A stretch of 64,000 bases of DNA from Lytechinus pictus (taxonomy: Eukaryota). The notes below the pieces were generated by a model. That model made no database searches. It was not told the origin of the DNA and saw nothing but the letters and a program-made list of their open reading frames with translations. Every line of letters begins with the position of its first letter. Position 1 is the stretch's first letter. The stretch spans positions 248,001 through 312,000 of the forward strand of contig NC_087246.1 of the NCBI RefSeq assembly GCF_037042905.1, given 5' to 3'. Both the position numbers and the translations under genes were made by a program. Shown one piece after another: positions 39,701-52,199 of the stretch.

Positions 39701-41744
39701 ATTTTAGCTTCGGCTTTTTCTTTGAAAGAAGTAACATATTTTCGTTTGAATTATTTGTTTTTCTTTCTCCTCCATTCTTTTCTTTTGTTCTGTTTTATTT
39801 TCTTTTCCCCTTTTTTTATTTTTCTTTTTATTTTTTCCTCTACCTTCTTTTCATTTTTGGGGTCTGTTTTCTTTTTCTTTCTTCCCTTTTTTTAAATTCT
39901 TCTCTTTATTTGCTCTTTTTTCTTTTTTCCTTTTTTTCTTCGTCATTTTTCTTTTTTTTTGTCTTTATTCTCTTTGTTCTTGTTTCTTCATTGTTTTCAA
40001 GAGATTATGCACATGGTATCGTACTACACGTTTTTTTATTATTATTATTATTATTGGAAACTGTATAGATATATGTAAATAAAAAAGTGAAGAAATAAAT
40101 GAACACTCATATATTAAAGGAATATATTCGTTGATCAAAATTATTGAGTGATCAGCAAACCATCTCTTTAAGATTTTGATGCCTATTTCTGGAACCCAGC
40201 CTTTGACAGGGCTTTGCTGGCTTAGCCTAGAGGACTCCGTGATGCAAAATTATTTTAAAAATATCACGGAATCCAATGCTGGCTCCCACATATTTTTTTC
40301 TCTCTCTCTCACTTATGTTTTCCATTTTGTTTATTTTGTATACTGTGCATGTATCCTTAGTTTTAATTTCAATTGTATGTTGTATGTTTTAATGAGAATT
40401 TAAAATAAATGAAATGAAAATATATGCAAATCTCATTATCATCCAACAACCATTTTCATACAATTGATGCCTATTAATTTGTATTATGTTTGAACGGAGA
40501 TGTGATTATAATTCATATGTTTGTTTATAAATTAATATGTTATCTTTCATCTTGTTGGCATTTTTAAGCTTCAATAATTGGGTATATAAATCTCTGCGGG
40601 ATAAGTATAAGCCTATAATTACTAAGAATTGAGTTGCTCATTATAGGACGCATAAAGTCGCCGCAAATCCTGCTTGTCTGATTGTTTTCCAGGTGTCCAA
40701 AAGGGTTTTTTCCTAAAGACATCCCATTCTTTATATTGTTTTTGCTTAAGAATTAATGAAAATCATGGTGACGCTAAATCAGCTTATATACTTCTAATAC
40801 CATTGGTGGCGGAAGCCAAAAAAATCAGGGGGTCCACCTGAAATTGAAATTTTGGGATAGACACAGGTAAAAAAAATTGACAAGCAAAAAAAAAATTATC
40901 AACAAAATTTTTTTTGGGGGGGACCGTCCCCCATCTCAAATTTAGGGGGGACAGGTCCCCCTCCGCTTCCGCCGCCTATGACTACTACTATACCATTGAA
41001 GAATTGACGCAGAAATCAAATTTTGTGATAGATTTTGTCATAACATACCAATAGGCCTTTATCATGCACCTTTTCCTTTTTTTTTATAACAAGTATACGT
41101 AGCAAGGAGGCGGTGGGATGATCTTCCCCACCCTAACTCCCCCCCCCCAAAAAAAAAAAGAGAGAAGAGAAACGGTGAAAGCGAAGGGGTAAACAATGGC
41201 GAAAAAGAAAGCTTTGCGGGATTTTCTTTCTCATTCTCTCTAAAATTTTACTTCCGCGCATGTTTGCGAGAAAATCCTTGTTTTTCTCCTTTGTTTACCT
41301 TTTCTTTATTACCCCGTTTTTTCATCTCGGCTATATTGCTAGTTTGATTTGTGGCGGCATCAAGTTTTAAAGAATAATATCTGGGAACGGAATTAGTATT
41401 AAAATTATAGGTCAAAGTATATGAAGTCATATTTTATTCAAAATGATCACCAACGTTCCCGATCCTTATAGGTCAGGGTGGTAAACTCTATAATGATAAT
41501 GCCGTATACCCACAAAGGCTACTTCTTCCGTTTTTCAGCTCTTTACTAGTCGGTCATAATTTATTTGGGGACCACGGACGGCCTGTTCCTCATTTAAAAG
41601 GGGGAGTTATAAAAATTGTGCCGTATATATAAAAAAAAGAAAGTACAATATTACTATAGAATTATAGAATTATATGGAAGTTTATGTCATCAATCTCCTG
41701 TCGTCTACTTTGCGCCATTAATTAAGTTCCTAATCATTCAAATA

Positions 41745-42004
41745 CACTGTTAAAATAAATTTAAAATCGCTGTCTACGATGTGAATCACACAGTAATTGT
41801 TTAAACAGTTTAAACAAGTATTTAAAATCTTAAAACACACATTTTAAATTTAAATATTTAATTATCAATAATTAAATTCAAATATTAAATTATCAATGAT
41901 TTAAACATGATTGTTTAAATTTTAAACACTTGTTTAAAATGTTTAAACAACTACTATGCAATTCTCACAGTAAACAGCATTGTTAAAAATATTTTTGACA
42001 GTGT
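41745..42004. mobile_element. AT-rich foldback MITE
   Basis: tacactgttaaaa / ttttgacagtgta. Confidence 0.65.
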
Positions 42005-43711
42005 AGAAGTGCTCCATATAAATGAGTTCAATCAGGGGCGGATCCATGATTTTCCAAAAGCGGGGCTCAGGGCCAATGAAAAATTTGACAAGCAAAAAAA
42101 AAAATTTTCAACCAAAAATTGAGGATATTTCGTCCCCGAAAAAAAGGGGGGGCAGGTGAGGGGTTGATTATGCTACTGCCATGCGGTGAATTAAACAACA
42201 AATGGTGATAGGTGATTATATCAAAGCGGCAGATTTTTTTCAAAAATTATAATTATATATTAACATCTTGACTTAGCATTTCTTTTTAAAGCAGGCAAAA
42301 TTGTTTTTAAGTATTTCCTTTTGTTTTAAAACCATATTCAATCCTTCCTCATTGTTATAACATGTGAAAAAGATAAATAACATGAAATCATTTACGTTAT
42401 TGAATCAGAATTCATATTTAAGAAAATCATAAATTGGTTATTCTAAATGTAAAATTAGAATCCATTTGTAAATATTTGTTGGATTTTTTATAATCACAAA
42501 GGGAATAATAATAATAATACAGACTAAAAAAATTTGGATCTAGAAATCTCTGAATATATTAAAACACAAGCACACTATTGATAAATATTTTTTTCATTTT
42601 TAGTATCATTAAATCAAAATAATTTGAGGAAGTTATATGAAATAAAACACACACCAAGCGAACAGTCACGCTTTACCCCCCCCCCCTTCCCATAAACAAA
42701 GCATAAAAAAGAATGAAAAGGAGAAAAAAAGAATGAAAAGGAGAAAGAAAGAATATAACAAATGACAACAAAAACTTATCATAAAAACACAAAATGTAAC
42801 AAAATAAAAATATATATGAAATAAATATTTTTTTTCATAAATATAGATCTATTTTTTTCAACAAAAAAAAAAAAAAAAATGGTATTGAATTATATGCCTA
42901 AATCACGATTTAATTGAATACAGACGACTTGCCGAAAGTTTTCACTCTTCTGACATGCATATTCATTAAACTGTGCTGTAAAGGCATGCAGTGACGACAT
43001 CTTATAAATATTCATATGCGCATGCGCAGAATTTTACCTCAAACATGGCGATCTCGCGATTGGAACAAAAGTCCGAAAATTGATGCTCTTTTGAAGGATT
43101 TCATGGAATTGTATTCATTATTCTTATTTCAAAGGTAAGCTGATTTAGGAACAGTTTGTTTAGGTAAGATTGATACCACTCGTTAGATTTGTAATTCATT
43201 ATGATCATCGGTTTTCTAATGCCAAACATCGCGAAGTTTTGTACTCCGGTGATAATGAGTGGTTGCATTCAGGACCTTGACACTGTCTAAAGACGTGTCG
43301 AGGTCCCCGGGGCAAGGATTGTCCCAGTTTACATACAGGGACTGTCTCAGTTTTCAAAGATTTCTCCACACAAAAAATCTAGGAAAGTTCATTCACCTGT
43401 CAAGTGCCGACATCAATTGAGTGCGCTAGTCAATGAAAACATTATCAGGTTTCATAACATTAACAAGATCACTGGGGGAATTGAGGTCACTGAATCTATT
43501 TTTAGCACTCTCATCCCCGTAATTGCTGGCCTCCCAGGGGTAGGTGAAAAAAAATGTCCCCATAAACAAAGACAATCTCAATTTATCAAGACATGATTTG
43601 TCCTGCCGGACTGAGGATATCCTTGTTTTCCGATTTATTTACCGTAGTTGACGAAATAGAGACTGAAAATGAAGTAGATGCAATTCTGTTCTGATCTATA
43701 TTTAGTATATT

Positions 43712-44324
43712 ACCGTAAGGGCACTAGTATTCAACCCGTTTGGTGAGTTTCCTCAAATATATAGAAATATAGAATTTACCTGAATTTCAGACCCGTCTTA
43801 TTTCCAAGAGCAAATGCTGGTTATTCTTTTTCCGTTATTTTTTTCTTCAACCAGTTAACTGTGTGCGCGGGCGATCGAATTATACGGCGACGGATTTTGG
43901 TACTAGTATTCAACCCTTCGGTACTAGTATTCAACCTAGCGATGAAAGATGGCCCTGTCTCTCAATCTGCCCTTGTCCCATCCGACTATGGACTAGACCA
44001 TTTGAGATGGGACCAAACAGGGAATTAATCAAAGCCAGAGACTAACATAGATCTAGATCTAATTTAGCAATCTAAACCTTTTTGAGATTTGCTATCAATC
44101 CTCACTAGGTTGAATACTAGTACCATTCAGTGCAAAAGGCCATTGCCGCATAATTCGATCCTCCGCGCATACAGTCGACAGATTGACAAAGAAAATATCG
44201 ACAACAGATTACCCTGGAAATAACAAAGGTATGAAATTAAGATAAATTCCCTATTTCTAAATATTTTGGGGAATAGGTCAAAATCTTTGAATTATGCCGG
44301 GTTGAATACTAGTACCTATACGGT
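43712..44324. mobile_element. Foldback MITE with repeated tactagtattcaacc motifs
   Basis: taccgta..actagtattcaacccg / cgggttgaatactagt..tacggta; centre near agatctagatct at ~44050. Confidence 0.65.
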
Positions 44325-44621
44325 ACTATTAGGAATCAATGAAAATGAAATACAGCAATGGAGACTGAAGAGGGATACATGTAGGCTCACATGCAGTTTT
44401 GATTTAGGGACCTATTTTAGTATTTAGTAAAATTAAAAACGTGACTGCTGGGCCAGGTCAGTCTCATTCTCAATCTCGACTCTACCTATTTCTCATCAAT
44501 CATCATGATGATCATACCGGTACCGGTAGCTCTCTTTTTACACAAACAGAGATCCTAACAAAATTTCCAAGATTCAATTCCTCAAGTTTTAAAAAGATAA
44601 AATGAACAGATGAATTCATAC

Positions 44622-44682
44622 CGTATAAAGGCTTCAACCGCCTTTCATTGACGACATCCGCGTGGCCACTGCGACCCGCCAT
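44622..44682 (-). CDS. NAA25: NAA25 coding exon 1 (MAGRSGHADVVNERRLKPLY)
   Basis: caacATGgcg start; peptide resembles the NAA25/Mdm20 N-terminus (..RRLRPIY); 61 nt, phase-1 donor GTATGA. Confidence 0.9.
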
Positions 44683-44935
44683 GTTGAAGAATCAGCATAA
44701 ATACGCGAAAAGACGTATGCGGGTTGCGGTCGTGCCGTGCCGGGCCGGCCCGGCGCCGGCGGGCGAGGCTTTGCGTTGCAGTAGTACAGGTACTAGCCCC
44801 GTGACTGGCTGGCATGGAGCGGCTAGAGCTAACTAGCTCGAGCTAGAGAACAATAACGAACGTAGAGGGCGAGATGGAGAAACGTAGAGATATGGGTGAA
44901 ATACCCTGGTGGGTGGGCTTAAATCACCAATGAAT
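44683..44935 (-). promoter_or_regulatory. Probable NAA25 5' UTR and proximal promoter
   Basis: Locally GC/CpG-rich patch just upstream of the ATG; YY1-like AACATGGCGG over the start codon; CCAAT near 44927. Confidence 0.5.
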
Positions 44936-47900
44936 ATTTAATGGTCACTCGTGTTAATGGTGAATGTTATTTGCCATAAGAAAGGATCACCAGTCGTTCT
45001 TTAAGTCACTCTTAAAAAGTCAAGTCCCCCCCCAGAAAAATGTTGATTTGAATCAATATAGCATAATGCTGAAAATTTTATCAAAATCGGATGTAAAATA
45101 AGAAAGTTATGCATAACTTTCTCATTTTACATACGATTTTGATGAAATCTTCAGTGTTGTGCTTGTTGGATTTTTCTCTTTTTATTCAAATCATTTTTTT
45201 TTTTCGGGGTAGACTTGTCCTTTAACTTACAAACAGCTTTATGAAACGGCCCCACACGTATTCAACTCTCATCGGGGTGAAATGAGAAAGGCCGAAGGCG
45301 GATCCAGGGGGAGGCGAATTAATTGCCCCCCCCCCCCTCCCCATTTGTGGCTTAAAACTGATAAGGGGGAAAGAAAAAATGAAAAAAAATAAAAAAGCAA
45401 TAACAATTAAAAATAGATACGCATCCTGTTCTTTATTGCATTTTCGGGGTCTAAATTGCCAATAATATTGTAGCTCGCGCTCCGCGGCGCTCGCACCATA
45501 ATTTGTTTTTGTTTTTTTTAAATCAGCCTCATGGCGCTTCGCGCTCGTTTCAATTGTCTACTTAGATACATATTCTGATTAAAAATGTCCAATTTTCAGG
45601 TTGGATAACCACAATTTTTCAGCTTGCGCTTCGCGATCGAATTCAATTTTAAAAATTGTTCAGTTATAATATTAATGGCGTAAATCTGGTCCGAGCAGTA
45701 AAAGATGGTATAGCAATGTTGAGCTGATTTTTTTTTTTTTTGGGGGGGGACACGGTCCCCATATCAAAGGCTTACGGTGCGTAATAAAACGTGTACATAT
45801 ACATAGGGTTACGTAGTATGCATTTAACTTCCTGTTATCCTTTCAGTCATTCACCTTCACTTGTTTACAAACTCTCCCTCTGTCATATAGAATTCCAAAA
45901 CCCCCCAAAACTCCTCAACCCTGACCATAAAAGACCAGCCCTCAGTGACGTCAGCTAACTTCAAGGAATAAAAATTCTAAGAAGTATGACTCACACTACC
46001 AGCCCCAGTCACTCGCACAGAGCATCACCACCATACCACTGAAGAGAAAGTTTGATAGACAGTTAGTTACTTGTCTTGTAGACCAATCAGAGCAAGTTTA
46101 GATCACTCCTACCTTAACTTGTCACACCTCAAAAACTAATGATATAAATAAGACTTCTTGATTATTAGATATATTATATATATATACACTAATACTAGAA
46201 GCATACTCATCCAGATAAACTGACTGACTTCCATCCAATTTTAATTTTACTGCAGAGTTCATTTCAACTTAATTTTATTCGAAATGCAGGACGGTATATT
46301 GAAACATGCAATTTTATTTGAGGGTTTCATAAAGCAAATAGGGGGTGGTTTTTACTGACTGCCATATTTGTTCTGAGCCAATCAGAAGCAAGGATTTCAG
46401 TAGTTTACAAAAGTCATCAGTGGTCAGCCTGTAACACAAAATGTTTTAGAATGATTATGCCATGAAAAAAATTAAAGTAAAATACAATTCCAGTGGAATT
46501 TATTTATTTCAATGGAAAAAGAAAAGAACGTTAATTGTTATGTTCAGATTTACATTCAAATCATAATACGCATAATTTGTTTAGGGTGATACAATAATTA
46601 TATACGTGCACCGAGGTGCGGCGTCACAGGGGAGGGGGATGGGATGGAGGGATCGTCCTCACCACTATGATTTAACTTAGTGAAAGGAGGAGAAAATGGA
46701 GAAACAAAAGAGGAAGAGAAATGGAAAAAAGGAAGAACAGTATAAAAAGGAGAGGTCTGGGCTGTAACTTTATGACCGTCCAATAAATTATTGCTCTCGT
46801 AGGTCCATGGTGTATTTGCTATAATGCAACACTGAAAAATACCGTGCTGCAGCTACATCGAACTCACGCAGTTGTCCATATAAGAATTTACCTGGGGAAA
46901 TTAATGAGTTGTCAAATCACTCATTCTGGTAGTACATACTTATAGTGTGAGTAAAAACGTGACACCTCATAAATCCCCAATTTAAAGAAATTATGTCATG
47001 AACACATAAGTATCATACATGCTCTGAAAGAGTATGCTCTCCCAAATCATTTGATACCATATTTATGTGGTATGTGTTAACGCTTGGATGACCAAGAGGT
47101 ATTCTTTGTCGCGATGTAAATTTCGATTTTCGCCAAATTAATTCATGACTGCAATAATGAATCCGGGTGTCAATGATGTCATAATCCTACAAGGGTTGCA
47201 TTAAAATCCATTTCAAAACACCTTTTTAGGAGTTACATTATAATTGTTTAATAAACACATTTTAGTATCACTTCTCAAGTTAATTTCATTACTAAATGAA
47301 GGATTTTGACATCATTAGCATCTGGATTAATCACTACCGTCATGTCTTACTTTGGCGCAAGTAAAAAAAATTACATCACTGCAAAGAATACCTACTAATC
47401 ATGGGCGGAAATCTGTCCCGAAAGGTAGGGGGGACAACAGGGGTTGATCCAGCCTTCGCCAATAGGGGGGGGGGCGAAAACATTTTCAGTCATATGTTAA
47501 TCCCCGATCGGCAGCTCGAAGGTTAATTTTGTCTGTTTCATTGAAGGAGTAGTCCTCATGGTCACTTTTTAGCTTTATCCTTATAAATCAACATAAATAT
47601 ATGATATCATTGTCCTTATTTATATAATGCGAGCGCGAAGCGCGAGCAATTTTTTGTTGAAAATTTATGTATTTTTTCCCTAAAATTTGAACATTCTGGG
47701 CAATGTTTGTTATCCTGAAAAAGATGTATATACGGGACATGTATAAGTAGAGCGTCAACTCTCCGCGCGATCTCGTACTAGTAAATTTAGCGAGTGCGAG
47801 CTAGCTAGCTAGCATCATCCTTCCTTAATTAGGTCCTCTTATGGCCTACGTGCGTAATTTGATTCATTGAATTGTTAATTACTAAGTACCATTCTAAGGC

Positions 47901-48365
47901 GACACCCCCCCCCAAAAAAAAAAAAAATCACAACCAAGAACAAAAGAGAAAAGGAAAGAGAGAAGGGTGAAATGTGATATCATTGTTTTTATATGATGTC
48001 AAAATATATCACAAAGTTGGATTTTTAAAGTAAAAGTGTCGATTTTTTGCTCGCACGCTTCGCTCGCAAATTTTTATTTATTTTACGCGATACACCATAT
48101 CGAACCCCCTCAAAATTTTTGGCTCATCAATTTCGCCACTGGTGCTATTATATTGAAAAAATTAGCCTGAGATAGCATGAAAGAGCATCTGGAACCCTAG
48201 AGCTTCCTGGGCCCTTTTAGCGAGACCTGGACCCCGGCCGCAATGTACTTTGCACTCGTGATGCGCTTTGCACACATCAAGTTGGAGTCTCCAGTTTGCT
48301 AGGGGATCCAGTCGGGAGAATCTCCAGATCAGAAAGTTCTTGGGGTTGTAGTCTCTAAATAATAA

Positions 48366-48570
48366 CGGTATATTTACCCAGGGTAACCACTTCAGTTAAA
48401 AAAACTGTTCTCGCAGCGGGCCCTGCTATTATTATTACCCCGGCTAAGCTATAGGCTACCTATTCAGATGCACACAGCTTTTTGAAGAATTACTTCCTGC
48501 CGGTACCCATTTACCTCACCTGGGTCGAGTGCAGCACACTGTGGATGAATTCCTTGCTGAAGGAAACTAC
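48366..48570 (-). mobile_element. SINE fragment (a related 3' piece lies at ~51965-52070)
   Basis: ggtacccatttacctcacctgggtcgag core; tattattaccccgg shared with ~52050. Confidence 0.6.
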
Positions 48571-48576
48571 GTTTGA

Positions 48577-49385
48577 AACTGTTTGAATTATCGGATTTTC
48601 AAACAATCTAACCACTTTGAGAAATACTTCGAAATATTGAATGACTTTGAAATAAAATCAATGAGTAAATTTTGTTGTTTGATTCACAAAATGCCAATAG
48701 TATCGGGGAGATATAAAAACATTCCAAGACAGGAAAGATTTGTAGTTATTTTGAAAAGGATCAAATCGGAGATGAATCCCATTATCTCTTTCAATGCACG
48801 GCTTTTGAAGAACACCGAAATAAATATCTGAAACGCTACTACAGGATTAATCCAAATACATATAAAACGAATCAACTGTTAAATACCAAGAAAAAGTCCG
48901 TCCTTTCAAATTTGGCTAAATTTTGTGCTTATTTTATATCTTCTTTAAATCAATGAAGTGATATATTCCGATCTTGCTATTGTTTTTTGTTTTTAATTTA
49001 TCCATGTATTCATTTTCTCTATATTTAGTATTATTTTTGGTTGAAAAAAAAAAAAAAACCTTGTTTTCAGGATGTTCAAGATTTTAATTTCTCCCACTTG
49101 TATGATTTGATTTCTCCTCAAACTATTACATCAAAATTATTAATACCTAATATAATTACAATTATTATTATCATTATTATTATCATATCATCGCTATTAT
49201 CATTTTTTATTATTATAATGAACACCACTATTGTTCTTATTACTGTTTTTATGATTACTATTATAATCTTTATCACCATTACTTTTTATTGCCATTATCA
49301 TTGTAAAGTGTTCTATGTATATGTTATGTTGTAACTTTTCATTGTACTCTGATACCCGAATAGGGTTTTGAGTTTCAATAAACTT
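48577..49385 (+). mobile_element. 3' remnant of a non-LTR retrotransposon
   Basis: HKMPIVSGRYKNIPRQERF / DQIGDESHYLFQCTAF; AT-rich tail ending in caataaa. Confidence 0.6.
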
Positions 49386-49726
49386 TCCAGCTTTTCTACT
49401 TTCAAACTGGGGAACATCCTTATATTATTTTTATAAGGTTGATTTTATTATGATATCGTAATGTTGTAAACAAGCTGTTCACGGTTATGTGCGTGCATTA
49501 TGACAGTGTATTCGTGCTGCGTCTTCCACCCATCGATCTTCGGCTTCCAAGGCATTCTCATCCCCATCTTAATATTCATCAAGTCTCTCAAAAAGAAGAC
49601 CATACTCAAGTTCATCAATCTGCATACGTTTTAAATTTATATTCTTCTTCGTCCTTCCTTGACTTGGTCATACCAAGAACATAGGCCTACTTGACCATGT
49701 TGACTGGATTCTGTTTCTGAATCACT

Positions 49727-51076
49727 TCATCCTGCGTCAATCGGAAGATCAACATCCCTGCAAGAACCTTTCCACCATGTTTTCCAATCTAGTGACTTCA
49801 TTGAATGGTAGGTCTCATTTTCTTTTGTCTCCTCATCAACCAGTAGACGATCCACTATTTGGCACATCTGCCTTGGTTGTAATAGCCACGATTCTTTGGT
49901 AGCAACCACAAAGCCTTCTGTTTTCCACTCAAAATATTGGTTATAAAGATGGTCATTCTGATCAAGTTTGTGAAGGTAAAGCGCGAGATCTTTGATGGAT
50001 GTGAAATCCTCGACATGTATAAACGAATTAGGAGGAGCGACAGCTTCATAATCTTTGCGCGGTGGACCAAATACGATCGGTATCAAGTCGTTTAGATAAG
50101 CATTATTCCAGAGTTTTTCTGAGATATAATATCTACAAGGTGAGTTTTCAAGGGCCAGATAGAACTTGTACTTTCGCAGAGTTTCAGAGCAAAGATCAGA
50201 ATTGGCTATTTTGGTGCATGCAGAAGTATCTCCACATTTACCGTAGATTTTAACTAGAATGTGATGTGAAAGCAATGATACGAAATCGTGTCGCTTCCAA
50301 TGTTCATCAAAACAATTAGAGGCTAGCCAAACAACTTTATCTGTCTTGCCAAACGCCCAGTTTTTTCCTTCTATGGCGCCAGCACTCGGAGCACTTGTAT
50401 CATATAATCCGTAGGTCCCGTAGAGCTGTGAGAAATCCTTCCGGTAAGTCATGATATAATCATATGTATTATAATATCTATCCAACGGAGGAATAACCCA
50501 AGAACCAGTGTTTAAAGGACTTTCAAGTGAATAAAAGATCCACTTCTGATTGTGAGGTCTATGTAAATACATGATATCCCAGTCCCATTTTGTCTGATGA
50601 TGTAAAAGAACAGCATCACTTTCCTGCATGGTTTTTAAACTAGTACCATGCACCAATCGAATACCACAAGGAATACCTGGACAGGAGTAGTTTTGCTCAT
50701 TCCTACGACCTTCTGACCATATATGCACCTGTCGATAACACCCTTGTGTGTAGGATACTGGCCCGTTGTTTTTCCAGAGTAATGGTATCTTCCAGGATGT
50801 TCTAGAAGCACCTATCTGACCTGGTCGTGAATGACGTCCATCTCGTATATAATCCTCCAGCTCGCATGTTCCTGAAAGGTGACAAGGAAATGGTTTCCGT
50901 TTCTTGATCAACTTCTCATCTTCCTCAATCATGACGAGGGTACCTAGTTGTTCCGTATCATCAAGGTATTGGTATTCAATGACCAAGACTAAGATCATCC
51001 AAGTAGTTACGAAGATCACCGAGGCTGGAATGATGCTTGGATGATAAATTAAATTCGGCGTGCGTATACTAGTCAT
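49727..51076 (-). CDS. Alpha-1,3-fucosyltransferase (glycosyltransferase family 10), type II membrane protein, 449 aa, single coding exon
   Basis: N-terminal hydrophobic segment (ASVIFVTTWMILVLVI); WIFYSLESP, IMTYR, VVWLASNC, IYGKCG, YKFYLALENSPCRYYISEKLW and PPNSFIHVEDF motifs. In-frame TGA two codons before the ATG; candidate acceptor ttgcag 20 nt upstream. Confidence 0.95.
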   Translation of the reverse strand: MTSIRTPNLIYHPSIIPASVIFVTTWMILVLVIEYQYLDDTEQLGTLVMIEEDEKLIKKRKPFPCHLSGTCELEDYIRDGRHSRPGQIGASRTSWKIPLLWKNNGPVSYTQGCYRQVHIWSEGRRNEQNYSCPGIPCGIRLVHGTSLKTMQESDAVLLHHQTKWDWDIMYLHRPHNQKWIFYSLESPLNTGSWVIPPLDRYYNTYDYIMTYRKDFSQLYGTYGLYDTSAPSAGAIEGKNWAFGKTDKVVWLASNCFDEHWKRHDFVSLLSHHILVKIYGKCGDTSACTKIANSDLCSETLRKYKFYLALENSPCRYYISEKLWNNAYLNDLIPIVFGPPRKDYEAVAPPNSFIHVEDFTSIKDLALYLHKLDQNDHLYNQYFEWKTEGFVVATKESWLLQPRQMCQIVDRLLVDEETKENETYHSMKSLDWKTWWKGSCRDVDLPIDAG

Positions 51077-52199
51077 CTTTCAGATGCACTGTGTATCTGC
51101 AAGCAAAATGGATTATATGAGAAAACCATTAATTGTTTCAAGTTTGATATACATTAACCGTGATATAATAGTTAATATTCACACCAGAAAAAACACCTGT
51201 ATTAAGAATGTACTAATTCCTGTTTGTGGGGGGGGGGGGCATTATGTAATCAGGGGAGTGTTTCATGAAAGGACTTGTCAGACGTTTTGTCCGCAAGTCC
51301 CATTTTATCCGACAGTTACCACAGGAACTGTGCTTGTCAGCCAATCAAAATCAAGAAAAGTTGTCAGATCTGACAACTTGTCAGACAAAAATATTGATGA
51401 AACGCTCCCCGGGAGTATGATTATCAGTTATTAATGATTCTATAGGTTTTCAAAGAAAGAGTTCCTACTTTTATTTCAATGATTATATTCTAAACGACCT
51501 TTTTATTATTATTATTATGGAGCAGGTAACATTGTTAAAGCTCAGGTCATTCGCTATGAGAGGATTTTTTTGGGGGGAGGGCCGTCTACAATAAATCCAT
51601 TACAGATCTACGATTTGACAGTCATAAAGAAACGCGGTAATTTTAGTAAATTATCGTTCAGGGATAATAATGAATACAAATAAAAACAAGGATTAAATTT
51701 TAGAATCTAATTCGTTATATATTAGGGTGTATGATTATTTTCCCAATATTCCATTGTAACATGATAAGATAGGAAGAAAATAATTATACTTCTACTAAGT
51801 AAGTATAAGTATAAGAATTAATTGCCCTTCAAAAGCAAATTCATTTTCCACTGGTTGTTAAAAAGATGCAGTATCCAAAACATAAAAATCATTAAATCAA
51901 ACAAAATGAACATTGTGAATTATGATACGTATTATACAGAAGAAATCGTGAGTAAATCTAATATTAATAATAATAATAATAGACAGTTATTGTATAGCGC
52001 ATAACACATTATGAGTATAAGGTCTCTATGTGCTTTCAAAGGACTTGGATATTATTACCCCGGATGTAGCTCGAGCTACAACCGAGATACAGCTAAATGG
52101 GGAGACCTATGCCCAGTTTACATTAACAAGGTCATCATACGATGGATAATTCTTTTCAGTAGACAATCATAATGTGGCTAGGTGCTATGATTTTTATGT

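Noticed and set aside
39620..40068. Phe-rich hydrophobic ORFs
   Set aside because: Translation of a low-complexity polypyrimidine tract.
49041..49334. Ile-rich ORF
   Set aside because: Degenerate (ATT)n low-complexity sequence.
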